Below are positions 13,571-27,109 of a DNA stretch of 64,000 bases, in pieces (position 1 is the first letter of the stretch; the number at the start of each line of letters is the position of its first letter). Both the position numbers and the translations under genes were made by a program. This DNA is from Vicugna vicugna (taxonomy: Eukaryota): the NCBI GenBank assembly GCA_013265495.1, contig MU058010.1:223145-287144 (forward strand). The letters are read 5' to 3'. The notes below the pieces were generated by a model. It saw only the letters and a program-made list of their open reading frames with translations. It did no database searches and was not told the origin of the DNA.

Positions 13571-13963
13571 CGGTCTTTGCATTTACTTGTGGTAGAGTAC
13601 CTCTTACAGATTTTTCCCCAGGGAAGCATCTCATGGCCTAACCGTCTGGTTGAGTATCTGTCTGTCCATTTTATATGTTTCTGTTGGGAAATCTCAATAT
13701 TCCTCACTGCTTCTCCCTTTCTCCAGTTGGCTGCTATCAGTCATATTGTTGTAAAATCACATTTGAGGGGTTATACATATTTGACTGGTTCTCATAGTTC
13801 TTAATATAAAAAAATTATACATTTTAAAAATTCTTTATTTTCTGGCTTTAATACATGTACAAATACCTTATAAACACTTTAAAAAAAACCCTACATTTCC
13901 TTTAGCGCAGTGTTTTTCCAGCTAACTACTAAGATGTAACTTTTTGTTTCCAAAATATTGTAG

Positions 13964-14100
13964 TATGGCTTGGAAAGAATTATGAGTGAAGAGAGGAGTC
14001 TTTCTTTATTAGCCAGAGCCATTGATCCGGAGCAGCCCAGTATGATGACGGATGTGGTTAAACTCCTGTCTGCAGTGTGCATTGTTGGGGAGGAAAGCAT
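13964..14100 (+). CDS. DIAPH3: DIAPH3 coding exon (137 nt): YGLERIMSEERSLSLLARAIDPEQPSMMTDVVKLLSAVCIVGEES(I)
   Basis: tgtAG at 13962-63; GTAAGT at 14101; in frame with neighbouring exons. Confidence 0.96.
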
Positions 14101-15044
14101 GTAAGTCTTCTCAGCTTCTTTCTCTAATTACATAATCATTTCAGACAGTTTCATTCATATAATGTTTTAACTACTCTATTTTAAACTAGAATTTACTTTA
14201 ACTAAAGAAAGTCTATTTAAGCAGCTGATTGAGATTCTTATTGGCTAAAAAGAAATGTTTGAATAGTGATTATTTCTCTTAATCAACTATAGTACTTACA
14301 GGCTAACAGGTTTCTCTGAAAAACTGATTTCTTCATTATATTTAAACTGTTCAGAGTTCAAACCTTAAATAAAAATTCTAAATGAAAACTTTAAAAAAAT
14401 GTGTGACTTGATTCTGTTTTTTACATGACTTTTTTTCCAGGTAGAATTAATTCAACAATAATTGAATAATTGATAATGTAATGGTTGAGGGTACAACGTC
14501 CTTGACCATAAAGTGTATACTGAAGTTTTAACTTTAAAGACATTATCCACAATTGCTAGTGCTGTAACTAAAAGACTATTACATACATATTAAAAGATAA
14601 ATCAAGAGAAATCCTTTTTCTTTTTAAGGAAGATTGGGATTCTTACTACGAGGAAGCATTTTCAAATTATTTAAAATACCTTTTCTAAAGTATAGAGATT
14701 TAAAAACTGAACAACAAAAGAACAGGCAGAAATAGCCCTCTTCATATAAGGGCAGGCAGAGCCCTGTAAGTGGAGCCTCCTGCACACGTTTGAAGGTTGT
14801 GCTGTGGAGGTCCTGGGGGGCGGTGACCCCTGCACTGCTCAATTTGGACTTAGTTGTGAGTCCACAGGGGCGCCTGAGCCCTGGCCCTCTGCCCCCAAAC
14901 TACTTGTAGTGTGTATTGTGGATGCAGCTCCCGCTGCAAAGCCAGGAGCACAGCTTCAGCACGTTCCCATTTTAAAAAGGCCATATTAATTTTGCTGTGG
15001 AAACTCAAAGTGAATTTAATGTTGACACGTAGGTTACTTCCTGT

Positions 15045-15240
15045 GTTCCCCCTCCCGCTTCTCCTCCTCCTTCCGCTTTCCCCTTCCTTCTCTGCTTCAT
15101 GTTTATTCTTACCTCCTCTTCTTCCCTTTTCCTTCCCTATCCTATCCTTCTTCCTTTCCCTTCTTTTTTATACCCTCTCTTCTCTTCCTTTCTTCTCTCT
15201 TTCCTCCTCCCTTCCCCTCCTCTTCCTCCACTTCCACCTT
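15045..15240. repeat. CT-rich polypyrimidine low-complexity tract
   Basis: About 200 nt almost entirely C/T; source of the spurious Leu/Pro/Ser/Phe ORFs. Confidence 0.9.
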
Positions 15241-15494
15241 ATTTTTATTATTTCTTGATTTCAGAATGGGTTATCAAAATGATGTAAATATCTCTTAAGA
15301 CAGCACGTCTCCACCCAGTTTAAAACTGTGGATTTTACTGTATGTTGGGTACCGTTGACATAAGTCTTCTCCAAAGAAATAGCAAGTGTAGTTTTTCCAT
15401 AACCGTTGTTCTTTGTATTTGACTATAATTCCTTACTAATGTTTATTTTGGGCTACCAGAACTTCATTTACTTATACTCAAGAGGTTATAGGAT

Positions 15495-15745
15495 TGTAGT
15501 GGTTAAGAGCATTTTTACAGTGCTCACTACACAGACTGGTCTTAGATCTTTGCTCTAGCATTCTACAATTTAGTAGATGTGAGACCTTAGGCAAATTGCT
15601 TAATCCTTTTTCTACCTCAGTTCCCTAATTTGTAAGGTGGGATAACAATACCTACTTCATAAGATTGTATACGTTAAAAAGAGTTAATATTTGTAGCCTG
15701 GTTCAAATAGAGCCTGATGTACATGCAGTAAGCAGTATATGAATA
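15495..15745 (+). mobile_element. MIR SINE
   Basis: GTAGTGGTTAAGAGCAT...GACCTTAGGCAAATTGCTTAATC...CCTCAGTT...TGTAAGGTGGGATAACAATACCTACTTCATAAG. Confidence 0.8.
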
Positions 15746-15961
15746 CTTGATAAATAAATAAGATCATGGGGTTATTATGAGGAATAAATGAACTAAAACA
15801 TATGGTTCATGTTGATACATGCTATATACTCAGTAATCTACTTTAAAAATGTTATTGGTTGCCTAGGAGTAATGTCTGGGGTTTAGTAGATCAGTCTGTT
15901 GTATTATGTCATTTGAGTTGTTTGATGTTTGCAAGTTAATTAATTTCAAATGTCCCATTAG

Positions 15962-16067
15962 CCTTGAAGAAGTTTTAGAAGCTTTAACATCAGCTGGAGA
16001 AGAGAGAAAAATGGACAGGTTTTCTTCTGTTGTGGAAGGTCTTCGGAACAATTCAGTTCAATTGCAA
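15962..16067 (+). CDS. DIAPH3: DIAPH3 coding exon (106 nt): LEEVLEALTSAGEERKMDRFSSVVEGLRNNSVQLQ
   Basis: attAG at 15960-61; GTAGGT at 16068; lies within ORF 15906..16112. Confidence 0.95.
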
Positions 16068-16689
16068 GTAGGTTTCATGCCCATCATTCATATTGTTGTA
16101 ACTCGTTTCTGACTGACTTATAGTAATACTATAATGTGAAACCCCGCATGCCATTTACTATTTTATAACAGTTTAAATAAATGTATAGAATTCTAACTTA
16201 TACTACATCATAATTTATCTTATAGATATAACTTGATGTATACCATGGCTATTTCCTTAGGTTCCTAGAAGTTGACTAGCTAAATTCTTCTGTGAAATAT
16301 ATAATTATAGTCCATGAAATATTCATTCTATTTAATCTGAATAGTTGGGTATTATAATTTTTAAGAAGTTTTGGCAATTAAATGAATTATGTCTTCCTAT
16401 TATATTCATTTTTATATCTGAAAAGTTGAGAGTTTCCATGAGTAAAGAGACTAGGGTACAGGTAGGGATTTTCAAAGATTTGTAAGTACTCCCAAAAAGT
16501 CGCATTTTGACTTAAGACATTATACTATCCAGGCTGCATATCTAGTATTCATTTAATTTTCCCCTTTTTTTTAAAGACACAAGAGTTTTATTGCTGTAAT
16601 TATTGTTACAATCATTACTAATTAAACTTGGTTATCTTTAAGTAATTATTGATACCTAATTCCTACCTACAAATTTTTAAAATTTAATT

Positions 16690-16770
16690 GGTGTGTTTGG
16701 GCTCTGGCTATTGTGATTTTTCAAGATCCTCAAGTGATTCTAATATGCAACAAAAATTTGGAAACCAAGG
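16690..16770. mobile_element. MER5-like hAT fragment
   Basis: CAAGTGATTCTAATATGCAACAAAAATTTGGAAACCA resembles a MER5A end. Confidence 0.55.
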
Positions 16771-17599
16771 TGCTGGTAGCTATGAAGTAAATCTATTTTA
16801 CACTTGATAGTAAAATATTATAGTTTTAATTTTTATTTTAAAGCTCTGTGTACCTTAGCCAACCTAACTGTTTTTCATTGTGATAGGAATAGAAAAGCCA
16901 AATCTTCGTGTCAAAAAAAAAATAAATAAACATGGTATTTGATGAAAAATCAGAAAATGTTAGGGACTGTCAAATGAATAATTCATTCTCACATGTTTGT
17001 GAATCCACTTCTGATGACAGTGTTTGAGAATGGCGGTTGGGAACCCTGTGTGATGGGTTTCTTGGGCAGCAGGCGGGCTTGAAGATCTGAGTGCGTGTGT
17101 GGTCACTATTGCATGGGTCCAGTTATGACCTTCTGGAAAAGCACCCTCCTTCCTCATCTTGGAGTTGGGGCCGGGCTGTGTGGTCCAGCGCTGACACCGC
17201 TCCTACTCCTTCTGAGGTTGTCTGGTAGGCTGGTCTCTTAGTTCATACACCATTACCCTCCTCGGCCTCTCCTACTCTCTCACTGGCCCCAGATTTCCTG
17301 TTCACCCCAGGACTAATGAAGAGTCAACCCGAAAGAAGCTTTGTAGGGAAAAGCTGAACAATTATTTTATCTGAATTCTCCTCTAGTACTCATGTACCCT
17401 GTACTTATACAGTGTTTGTGCAAATACCAGTAGGTTATTAGATCAATTTTGGTTATTTGTGCAACATATTAGAGATCGTATCTAATATTTGAGACCTCAA
17501 TTATGAAATGTAAAAGTCACATGTAAACTTTATCCCCCAAATAACAACCCTTATGTCCTACTGTATACTTTTTGTATTTAATCACGTAACATGTTACTG

Positions 17600-17780
17600 G
17601 ATTAGCTTTAGTGACTCTGGGTCAGCTCCCAAATCTTTTCTCCACCCCAGTTTTCTCAGTTGTAAGACAGCAGTAATCACAGTACCCAGCTCATTGTTGA
17701 TGCAGGGATTACACAGGATATGGGTTTAAATGCTTAGTATGCTGTTTGGCCTGTTAGCAGAACTGTTCAGTAAAAGTTGG
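17600..17780 (+). mobile_element. MIR SINE fragment
   Basis: GTGACTCTGGGTCAG...CCCAGTTTTCTCAGTTGTAAGA core-like sequence. Confidence 0.6.
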
Positions 17781-17924
17781 CTTTAAAAAGTAATTTTGGT
17801 AAATTAAAAAAACAAAGTCAGTGGAGGTTAAATGTGCTCTTCATATTTTTTTTTCAGAAACATTGCCAGTGTTGATATGAAAATTGATGCTTAACATGCA
17901 AGCATTTAATGAAAACTTATTAGT

Positions 17925-18610
17925 GAAAACTTCTGTTCACACAAAAACACATACACACATTTTTATCACAGCTTTATTTGTCATAGCCCTACACTGGGAA
18001 CTACCCAGATGTTCCTCAACAGGTGGCTGGTTACACTGTGGTACACCTGTACTTGGAATACTACTCAGCAACAGAAAGGATTGAGCTATTGATACATACA
18101 ACAGCTTGCGTGAATCTCCAGAGAATTAATTCTGATTGAAAAATGCCAATCCTGAAAGGTTATACACTGTGTGATTCCATTTAGGTAATGTTCTTTAAAA
18201 AGCCAAATTATGGAGAGCCATTCTCAGAGAACAATTAACTGGTTGCCAAAGGTTTGGGATGGGATCTGGGAAAGTGTTCGATATGGCTCTAAATAAATAG
18301 CCAGAGGGAATCTTCTGCTATTCAAACAGTTTTGTGTCTTAATTGTGGTAATAGTTACAAATCTGTACATGTGATGAAATTGCATAGAACTGTACATACA
18401 TACACAAATGAATGTATAGCCAGTTATATCTGAATAATCTTTGTGGATTGCACCAATTTCAATTTCCTGGTTTTGATATTGTGCTATAATTATGCAAGAT
18501 GTTACCATTGGGAAGAATTATGGGAAGAGTACTCCAGACCATCCTGTACTTTTTTTTTTTTTGGCAACTTCCTATGAATCTATAATTACTTCAGAGTAAA
18601 AAGTTCAAAA
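17925..18610 (+). mobile_element. Old L1 (L1MC/ME-type) 3' end
   Basis: ORF2 C-terminal remnant followed by a 3'UTR with TTATGCAAGATGTTACCATTGGG and an A-rich end. Confidence 0.8.
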
Positions 18611-19124
18611 AATCTTGGTAAACTGGGGTCCCAACTTTTTTTCTTTACAACATTACGTTATTTGATGTTTGAAATCTATGTAGGAACAGGTAAAGGAGGG
18701 CTTATTAAGAACACAGCCAGGTTTTGCCTAGGTATATGACATGATTGACTTATTATTGGAAAGTTTTGACTATGACAACCTTTAAAGTTTTGGTTACTTG
18801 ACATATTTAATTTGTTTGGCTACCAGACATTAAAGTAAATCAATCGGGTCTTTTAAAATCCTAATTGATTACCATAGGAAGTTGAAAGCACACTACATGA
18901 ATCAAAAACATTTCTTGGGTAAATTTATTCATTTCTGTTATGAGTATTTACTCTGATTTTGCTGAAGATGCTATATTATGGAAGAAATATTTTTATAGTT
19001 AGGATAAAATATAAGAACTATCAATTAAAAATTGGAAATTAAGATGACTATTCTATAGAAGACATTAACACTTGAAATGAAAATATATTTATCTGAAGAA
19101 TTGATATAATTTTGAAGTGATTTT

Positions 19125-19610
19125 TAACAGCATTATTGTTATAAAATTTGTATCATAAAATTTATCTATTTAAAATGTACAGTTCTGTTTTTTATGTATA
19201 TTCATGGTTGTGCAATTTTCACCACAATCAGTTTTAGTACATTTTTTGTCACCCCCAAAAGAAAGTCCTCACACCTTGGCCATAGCCCCACTATACTCTC
19301 ACTCTGCCCAGGTCTAGGCAACCAGTGCTCTGCTGTCTCTGTGTAGAGTTTCATATTGTGGATATTTGATATAAATGGAGTCATACAATATGGGATCTTT
19401 CCTGACTGACTTCTTTCGCTGAGCAGAGTATTTTGGGGTTCATCCATGTTGTAGCATGTTATCAGAACTTCACTTTTTGTTGTTATTGCCAAGTATGACC
19501 CAATTGTGTGAATCTACCACATTTTGTTTATCCGCCATCAGTTGGTGACCATGTGGTTTGTTTCTACCTTTTGGCTATTTGGAATAATGCTACCGTGAAC
19601 ATTTGTGGAG
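19125..19610 (-). mobile_element. L1MB-type 3' end
   Basis: TTTAAAATGTACAG...GTTGTGCAATTTTCACCACAATC...ATAAATGGAGTCATACAATATG...GGTTCATCCATGTTGTAGCATG. Confidence 0.85.
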
Positions 19611-21569
19611 ATGCTCTCTCTCTTAACGACTGCTTATTTGCCATATTTCCTGTTAAGGAAACAGCGGTTGGGAGGAGAGGGGCTAGCAGCGACCTCTTCC
19701 TAGGTGCTTGTGGAAGTCACTTATTGGATTCAATTCCTGAGAAATTTTTACCAGGAAATAGATGGCTGGTTATCTCTGCTTTTATGAAACTAATTGCCTT
19801 AGTTGTGGGTAATTGTTATATTTTCTGTTGTGCTTAGTAGTGTTGTTATTTTTTTGATGTCCTATAAGCACTAAAATTTCTTGATATAGTTTTTAAAGTT
19901 TAATTTCATAAAGAAGTAAAAGGTCATTTTAGCATTATTGAAATTCATTTTCTTTCTCATTTTTCTGATAAATTCACAGGGTAAATTTGTGTTGTCTTGA
20001 CTAAGAATAGACAATTTGAAGAGTTGTTCTAAATTCTAATTTTCCCTACTGAACCATTTTGTTGTAGGTGTTTACTCTTAAGTGGATATTTCTTATTATT
20101 ATTAAGCTGAGTGTATGAAGTAGCTAGAAGGTAGCAAGCTTAAGTTAAGAGTAAAGGTATTATTTTCCAGATAGCTAACTTAAGGGGAATAAAGTAAGTA
20201 GATTCTCTTTTCTGGAATTCCTTATTGTGTTTTATTCCCTTTAAAATGATCAAGCACGGCTTTAGTAATATCTAAATACTTTCTGAGTGTTTCTGAATTT
20301 AATACAAATAAAAAATATTTTAGAACTAGCTGGTTATCGGTTTTCCCATAAAGCTATTGCTCTAAGTATCCATTTTATTCCATTAGCTATATAAAAGCTG
20401 CATTTATTAAAATGTACTAGAATGATATTAACAAATCAAATTAAAAATAAAACGTTTGTCTCTGAATAAAATAGAAACCAGTTGTTTACTTTTAAATTAG
20501 AGAAAGTGGAAGATAGTAAAATTTAAAAAAATCTTCATTGTTCTTTTATTGCGAGGTATATTTATTCCAGAGTACTTTTTAAAGGAGGATTGTTACATTT
20601 TCTTGAGTCTGATAATAATAATAATGATGATAATGCGACTGCCTGTGATTCTGATAGAATTAAGCGTATTTCCACCCCTCTCCCCACACAATATAGTAAG
20701 TAAGTAGAAAACTAAGTACCAGAAATAATTTAAAATAAAATTATTCTCAGGCCTCAGAGAATCTTACTGTCACACTTAACAGAAAAGAAAGTACAAATAT
20801 AAATATTGCATTAAATGTACTCTGCTTTCTTTTCTCAAGTTTGTCAAGCAGAAGTTTTCATTTTCAAGCAAAGTAGTCCTCTTTAGTTACTTTAAGCAGG
20901 AAATGGGACTAAGGACCTTACAGAATTTCCAGCAGGCCCAGGGGACAATGTATGGACAGTGTGTAGCCGTAAGTAATGCAGAAGAAGAAATACCAGACCA
21001 CACCGAGGAATGTTCTGATGGAAACAGCACCCCCAACACTGTGCTGTGGTCAGCACCTGAGACACTGTGGCCAGTGGCCAGTGGAGCTTCCACCACGGCA
21101 CCAAGCCCTCCATCACAGGGTCCAGTGAGATTGGCCCCTTGTGTTGGCCAGGTCTTCCTTAGAAGACAGTTGGAATAAGTGAGGGTGGACCAGTCTCTAG
21201 CATCTGTCACACTTTGATTTTAATTATTATTATTATTTTCCTTTCTGTGTGTCTTCTCTCTTGTTAGAGCCATGCTTTACTAGAGTGTCAGAAGCATCAC
21301 CTAGATTTAAAGTGTTTGTTCAAACCCATGTTGTTGGTCTTAAGGCTGATGGAATTGTGGTAGATTTTGTCAGGAAAAGAAAGTGTGGGAATCCTGGTGT
21401 TTTGAGGGTGGCTGTTTGGCTTTTCTGCATGTATGTCCTCTGTGTATGTGTCCCCAGGCCTGCAGGGACTGTTCAGTCTTCCCTTCCTGTGGCATCTTTC
21501 TCATCCAGTCTTCTTGGACTTGTGTCTGGGGAGTGTCAAGATCACGAAGGGTCTGTAATTTTAGGACAC

Positions 21570-21990
21570 TTGTAAACTGACATGTTAGTCTGCACAGTAG
21601 CATGGTGGTGTCAGAAGACAAGAACTCCTAGGTTAAAAACAAAGGACTTTGTTGACCCACAGCCAGAGCAGTAGCTGAAGTATCAGCATTCTCAGCCCCA
21701 GTTTCCAGCTGCAGTGGGTTGTGTTAGAGGAAGGACACCCTGAGCTTAGAGAATACAAACTCTTCCCTCATGGGCGGGAGTCACTCCGACTGATGCAGAC
21801 TATGGTGGGCTCTGTTCAGGCTGTCTCCTAGAGCATTTAATGAAGCTTGCTGGTCAGCAGTACTTCGGGCAGCACGTTGAGGCTGACCTGCAGTAGATTG
21901 AGGTTGACCTGCCATATTGACCTCAGCCAGGCTTTCTGGGTCCCAGATCTTGTCAACTGAACAAATCCTGCAAACCATCAGGGTCTACCT
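21570..21990. mobile_element. Probable ancient LTR remnant
   Basis: AAGAACTCCTAGGTTAAAAACAAAGGACTTTGTTGACCCACAG resembles old ERVL-type LTRs; boundaries uncertain. Confidence 0.4.
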
Positions 21991-23032
21991 CAGAATACCA
22001 GGAGGCTTTCTTCATTTTTTTCTATTGCTCTTTCTGCCTGCCCTGAGGTGTTAAGGATTGCACAGACTTCTCTTTGTTCAGCAAAGAGGACATTTGGGGC
22101 AATTGTTTCATCCATAACAATAATGGCCAGTGAGTTGAGGCTGACCTGAGTGCCTTCGGGACTGATGTGGTGTCACTGACCACTTCACCTAAAATCGAGG
22201 ACACATTTCTTACTACCTGTTTTAATTGGGTGACTCGTTGTAGGGCCAACTGTTGGCAGGTGCACATACAGAGTGATCAGTGTTCTCTCCAGGAAGCTCC
22301 CCAGAATAACCAAAGACTACTGCTCTGGAGGGAAGAGGCTGTCTGTGTCTTCCCAGGTGGTTTGCTGTACAAACATCCTTGTAAAGGTCATGTAGAAGAA
22401 AGGCTGTCTATACATCTACTTGCAATATATGCAGAAACTCAGGAGACCCAGGGAGAATTGCCTGGCAGTGGAGAGCAGACCCCTGACCCTCCTCCATCAC
22501 CGTCTTGGCTCGTTTTCCTTCAGTGCAATGCTCCTGGTGGTCTGCCTGTGCTTGCACTGTGCCTTGGTGTAGAGTGAATGGAACAAAACCTTCACTAATT
22601 TTGGTTCATGTGATACTACAGGGTATTTCCCCTACATTCATCACTGACAAAAGTGAAAACATGTTTTCTAAAGTTTCTTAACAGAGAGAAGAGTGAGTTC
22701 TGTTCAGAGAACAAACATGAATCAGGGGAGAAATTGAGAAGCTTGTTTCAAAGGGGCGAAATTATTGTTCTTGTCTTTAGTGCTTTGATGTCAGCTGTCA
22801 GCCTGTGGCATCTATAGTTTCTGAGTTTGATTACTTAAAATATGCTTAAATCCTTTTATTTAATTGCCTTCAGGTTTCTAAAAATTTGATTCAGTGTATT
22901 CCTTAGATACGGATGGTTAGCTGTGTTTTGACTGTATTTCCGTGGACCAATTATTTATACTATTGCCTAGTAAAAATAACTCTGGTGATTTCTTTGCCCA
23001 CTTTGAAATATATAGTTGTTATTCTCTTTAGG

Positions 23033-23120
23033 TTTTTTTTAAATTGTAGTAAAATATACATAACATTAAATTTACCATTTTAGCCATTTTTAAGTGTACA
23101 GTTCAGTGACGTTAAGTATG
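23033..23120 (-). mobile_element. Short L1MB 3' terminal fragment
   Basis: TTTTTTTTAAATTGTAGTAAAATATACATAACATTAAATTTACCATTTTAGCCATTTTTAAGTGTACAGTTCAGTG. Confidence 0.75.
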
Positions 23121-23325
23121 TCGTCTTTGGGCTTTGTAAGATCTAGTGACGGTGTTGCTGAAACAGTGGATGGGGTGGTAGATGTATCCTTCTAAGATTC
23201 GGTGGACAGGAGTGGTTGGTTTGTCCTTTCAGGATTTCTATAGTGGATATTTCTCTATCCTGGGATGTATTTTCTAAAGACACAAAAACCAGGAGCGTGA
23301 GCCAAGTCTTTGGTGTCTCTGAAAC

Positions 23326-23363
23326 TGTCACTGGGGGAAAATTGTGTCACTGGGGGAAAATTG
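23326..23363. repeat. Perfect 19-bp tandem duplication
   Basis: TGTCACTGGGGGAAAATTG occurs twice (23326-23344, 23345-23363). Confidence 0.95.
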
Positions 23364-24468
23364 TGGTCTTAACAAGCGTCTCATGGTTACATATTAAAAT
23401 GCAGAGGGTGGTCGCATTTAGAAAACAGTGAGAAAAAGTGAAACTGCTCTGCTAAATACGAACTTTCATTTATTATACTCATGAATTAGACAATTTGAAA
23501 ATTTCAGCTCTTGCTGAAACTTGCTTTGTAGAACCAAGCCTGTATTAATTTGGGTACCTTGAGAAGCAAGGGATTTGATGTGCAAGGGACTAGAAGAAAT
23601 GCCGCCAAGGGAACCTGGAGAGGGAGTTGGGGGAGCCTGGGAGATGCCAAACTCAGTGCGAAGCGGGGAGGGAAGGAAGAAGGGTTGAGTGGAAGTGTCG
23701 TAGGCTGCCATGCAGTTCTAGGAAGCCTTGGCAAGATGGATGGGGAATCCTCCAGCTGAAGACCTGAGTATGCCAGGATGAAGCTCATTTTATTGTTCTT
23801 GCTGTGGTCAGACGCTGCCCGTGGGAAGTGTGGCTCCAGCTCCCGTGTTGTGATGGACGTCTCGGGGCAGCAGCTGGGGCTGTTGGTCATGTGTACTCAC
23901 TGCAGCCAAAGGCTGAGAGCTGTATTCTCATGGCTGCTGCAAAGACAAGTTTTCTTAACATTAAAGAAGAAACAACTCTTCAATCTCTATGGATTTCATT
24001 TACTTCAATTACAGAATAGATCCTTGAAAATTTTGATTTGGTCGAATTTTTCTGTGTCTTGGAAAGTAGGGAAAAATGGTATTTTTTTTAATATAAAAAT
24101 TGAAATTTTTCCCCATTGTGTAAGTTGTTGAGGTTCATTAACATATTTAAAACAGAGCAGGAAAAAAATCACTCTTAATTCAATTATCACTGTACTTTGA
24201 AATATGTTATTGGGAAGGAATTGACAAATACGACATTGAAACAACCCATAGCTTAAATTGCCTTTTTGGATTTAGCAGAGTTTGTTAGCTTCTGCTTGTT
24301 TTGTTTCCCCTCCTCCTTAAATGCTCAAACTGTACCAAGGTGCATTTCGCCGAAAACCAAACGAAGGTCTTCCTGTAATAAGTAGTCATAAATTGATTTA
24401 CTAATTCCTTTTGTTTCAAATATCTCCTAACCCCCTCAAAAAAATTAGTGTTAACTCAAGTTACTTTA

Positions 24469-24615
24469 TTTTACTTTTCCACTTTTAAATTGAAATATGG
24501 TCAGTTTGCAGTGTTGTGTCAATTTCTGGTGGACATGTTCCCCTATGTTCATAGCAGCACTATTTACAATAGCCAAGACATGGAAACAACCTAAATGCCC
24601 ATCGACAGATGACTG
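24469..24615 (-). mobile_element. Small 5'-inverted L1 insertion
   Basis: - strand L1 3' end at ~24487-24531 joined to a + strand ORF2 piece (ATGTTCATAGCAGCACTATTTACAATAGCCAAGACATGG); flanks AAGTTA(C/T)TTTA at 24458-68 and 24616-26. Confidence 0.72.
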
Positions 24616-24990
24616 AAGTTATTTTAAATGTCAAGTAAGTTATTCTCCCATTTAATGGTGGATACAGAGTATAGCAGAGCATTTATTTTTAGGATCATGG
24701 TTGGGGTATGATGGAAAGATTGATTTAATTCCTCTCTGTTTTGAGTCTTTTTATTGAAGTTTGCAGCAGTAGGGTTACTGTATCAGTATGACTCAAAATG
24801 TTGAAGGCATATTAATATTACTGGACTGGTAAATAATATGCCATTAAGCTAACAAACATTAAAGAAATAGAGTAAAATAATATTCTGGTGTGAACTCATA
24901 TTGTCGTATGGAGCACACTCCTAAGTATAAACTAGTGGGTAACATTTTTGTCTGGAGCGTGCTGCCATAATACAGTTTTTGTTCCGAAAG

Positions 24991-25136
24991 TTTTTGTTTG
25001 TTTTGGTAGGGGCAGGCAATCAGGTTTGTTTGTTTGTTTGTTTGTTTGTTTGTTTGTTTAATGGAGGTACTGGGATTGAACCCAGGGCCTTGTGCATGCT
25101 AGGCACACACTCTACTACTGAGTTATACCCTCCCCC
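24991..25136 (-). mobile_element. tRNA-derived SINE (vic-1-like, camelid) with (GTTT)n
   Basis: Reverse complement GGGGAGGGTATAACTCAGTAGTAGAGTG...GGGTTCAATCCCAGTACCTCCATT; pol III A/B boxes. Confidence 0.85.
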
Positions 25137-27109
25137 CAAACTTTTTCACTTATGCTATAATAGATTACCAGAAAGATAAACTTAACTCATGACTGAAAGG
25201 TAACTACAAAGTTTCACAGTTAACCCGTCAGTTATTCAGTGATGCTGTGTACTGGGTTATGTTAGATATTAGAACTATTTACATGAATGAAATACACTCC
25301 TGCCCAGAAGAAGCTAATACTTGGGAATTTAAAGCTGGCTAATGTTTCATATGAAAATTTGCAATGCTAGGAGCTTCAACAAAATGGTAAGACACAGAAG
25401 AAATTGGTATCTCAGGAGAGTGTCTGAATAAATGTTTAAAAACCCAGGTTTGTCTCAAATCCAAGTGTTCCTGTTCATCTAAATTAGACTTCTTGAATTC
25501 TGTAGTTTATTTCTCTGAATCTGAACATTTAATTAGAAGTATAAATAAAGTTATAGGACTTTACATCTGTTGATACACTTTTCTATTTCTGTGTTAATGT
25601 AGTCTGTTTAGTTTTTATTCTGAATTAGTTTATTTTGAATTAATTTTATTCTGAATTAGTCTATGAGACTTTAAAATTCTTTGGAGTTTTTCGATTTGCA
25701 CTGGAGGCAAAATATTTTTCTGTAAGCATCATTTACTCATTTTAACTTGATAAATGTGAAATTTGATTGTGCGAAGAGACACGGGTGATTTCTGCTATGG
25801 GGTGGGGAAGATGAAAGTGTAACCTGTATCTTTCCAGCCCCAGATAGTACTTTTTTACAGATTCTGATAGAAGTTTTATTTAAGTTCTTTACTAGTGCTT
25901 GTTTCCAGTATGAAGTTAGCTTGTGAGGCTGAGATGTTTTTGGTGTAGGATAGCCATCATTTCACTTGTGAAAACATCTACTTATATTCAGGATAAACAT
26001 GTTGAACAAATGTAAACTCCTATTGCTTTTACAGTTTGTCGGATGCCCTTTCAGTTCCTTAAGCATAATCGTGGAGGAAGTTATCTGCACTCCTGGCCTT
26101 TGAAAAAACTGGACAGGCCTGTGGCCAGGGCTCAGTCATCAAACCTGTTGGTGGACCTGGAATTTTGTGCTTAAACTCGTTCATCCCAAAAGGGTCAGAA
26201 ACCAAAGATTAAAGATGCATAAAGTGTTTATTTTTTTCTCCTATTTGTTTTGGGCATAGTGGTAGATAGCAGTAAATTAAATTGTGTACTGTAAGAAATT
26301 TTGCTGCTGTGTCCACATATGAAGAAACCTCACTTCATTTTCAAGGGCAGAAAGCTACTTTGTTGATTAAGTGATACATATTCTGGTGTGTATCTTTGTC
26401 TTGCTGTTTAACCTCTTTCTCCTTCTAATGATTTTCCTTTGATCATTTGCCTTGTTCCTAAGATTGCCTTTGACAAGCTCTATCCCTCATATTGAATATC
26501 TTTTGAGATTTCTGCTTACAGTTTACCTACTTTGTCCCCCGTTATGTGCCTTTACCTTCTGGTTTAGGACATTGCTGACAATTTGCCCACTGTTTGTAAT
26601 TACCTTTTTGGCTCCTCATTTTCCTAATCCTTGGCTGTGTGGGCTTTGCTGGTCTCAGCCTTTGTAGTGCATTTTCAGTCTGTTGCCGCTCTTGAGAAAA
26701 GCCTCATCTATCCTGAATTCCAGAGGGGCATGTGTGTTCGTGTGTGTGCAGACATGCCTTGACAGCCAGAATTTATGTTAAAAATACCTTTTCTCATGTA
26801 AGGCTCCTTTTTGGTAATTGAGACAAGAGGAAAAAGTGAGTTTATAGCATTTGCTTTCCAATTATTAGAACTGAGTCCATGATCTAACACCTAAAAATGT
26901 GTCTTACATATAAAGCCTGTTTAAACTAAAGGTTAACAAGCTGTATGTCTAAAGTATAAAGATGCATTTGGAGTGAGGAGGAGACTATTTTAGGGCCAAT
27001 TATGGCTGTATGCTTTCATTTACTGGTTGCATATGGTATGTGTGAGGAGGATACTGTTTTCCAAGTGAAACAGCAGTTCTGTCCCCTTGTAGAAACTTCT
27101 TGTCAAGTC

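Noticed and set aside
9062..13963. Orthologue of the human antisense lncRNA DIAPH3-AS1
   Set aside because: I recall such an annotation at the human locus but cannot place exons or a promoter from sequence alone
23184..23191. GTATCCTT as a second U12 donor (also ATATCCTT at 1982-1989)
   Set aside because: No upstream exon; the flanking exons join in frame through GT-AG; the 1982 site is inside an MLT1 LTR
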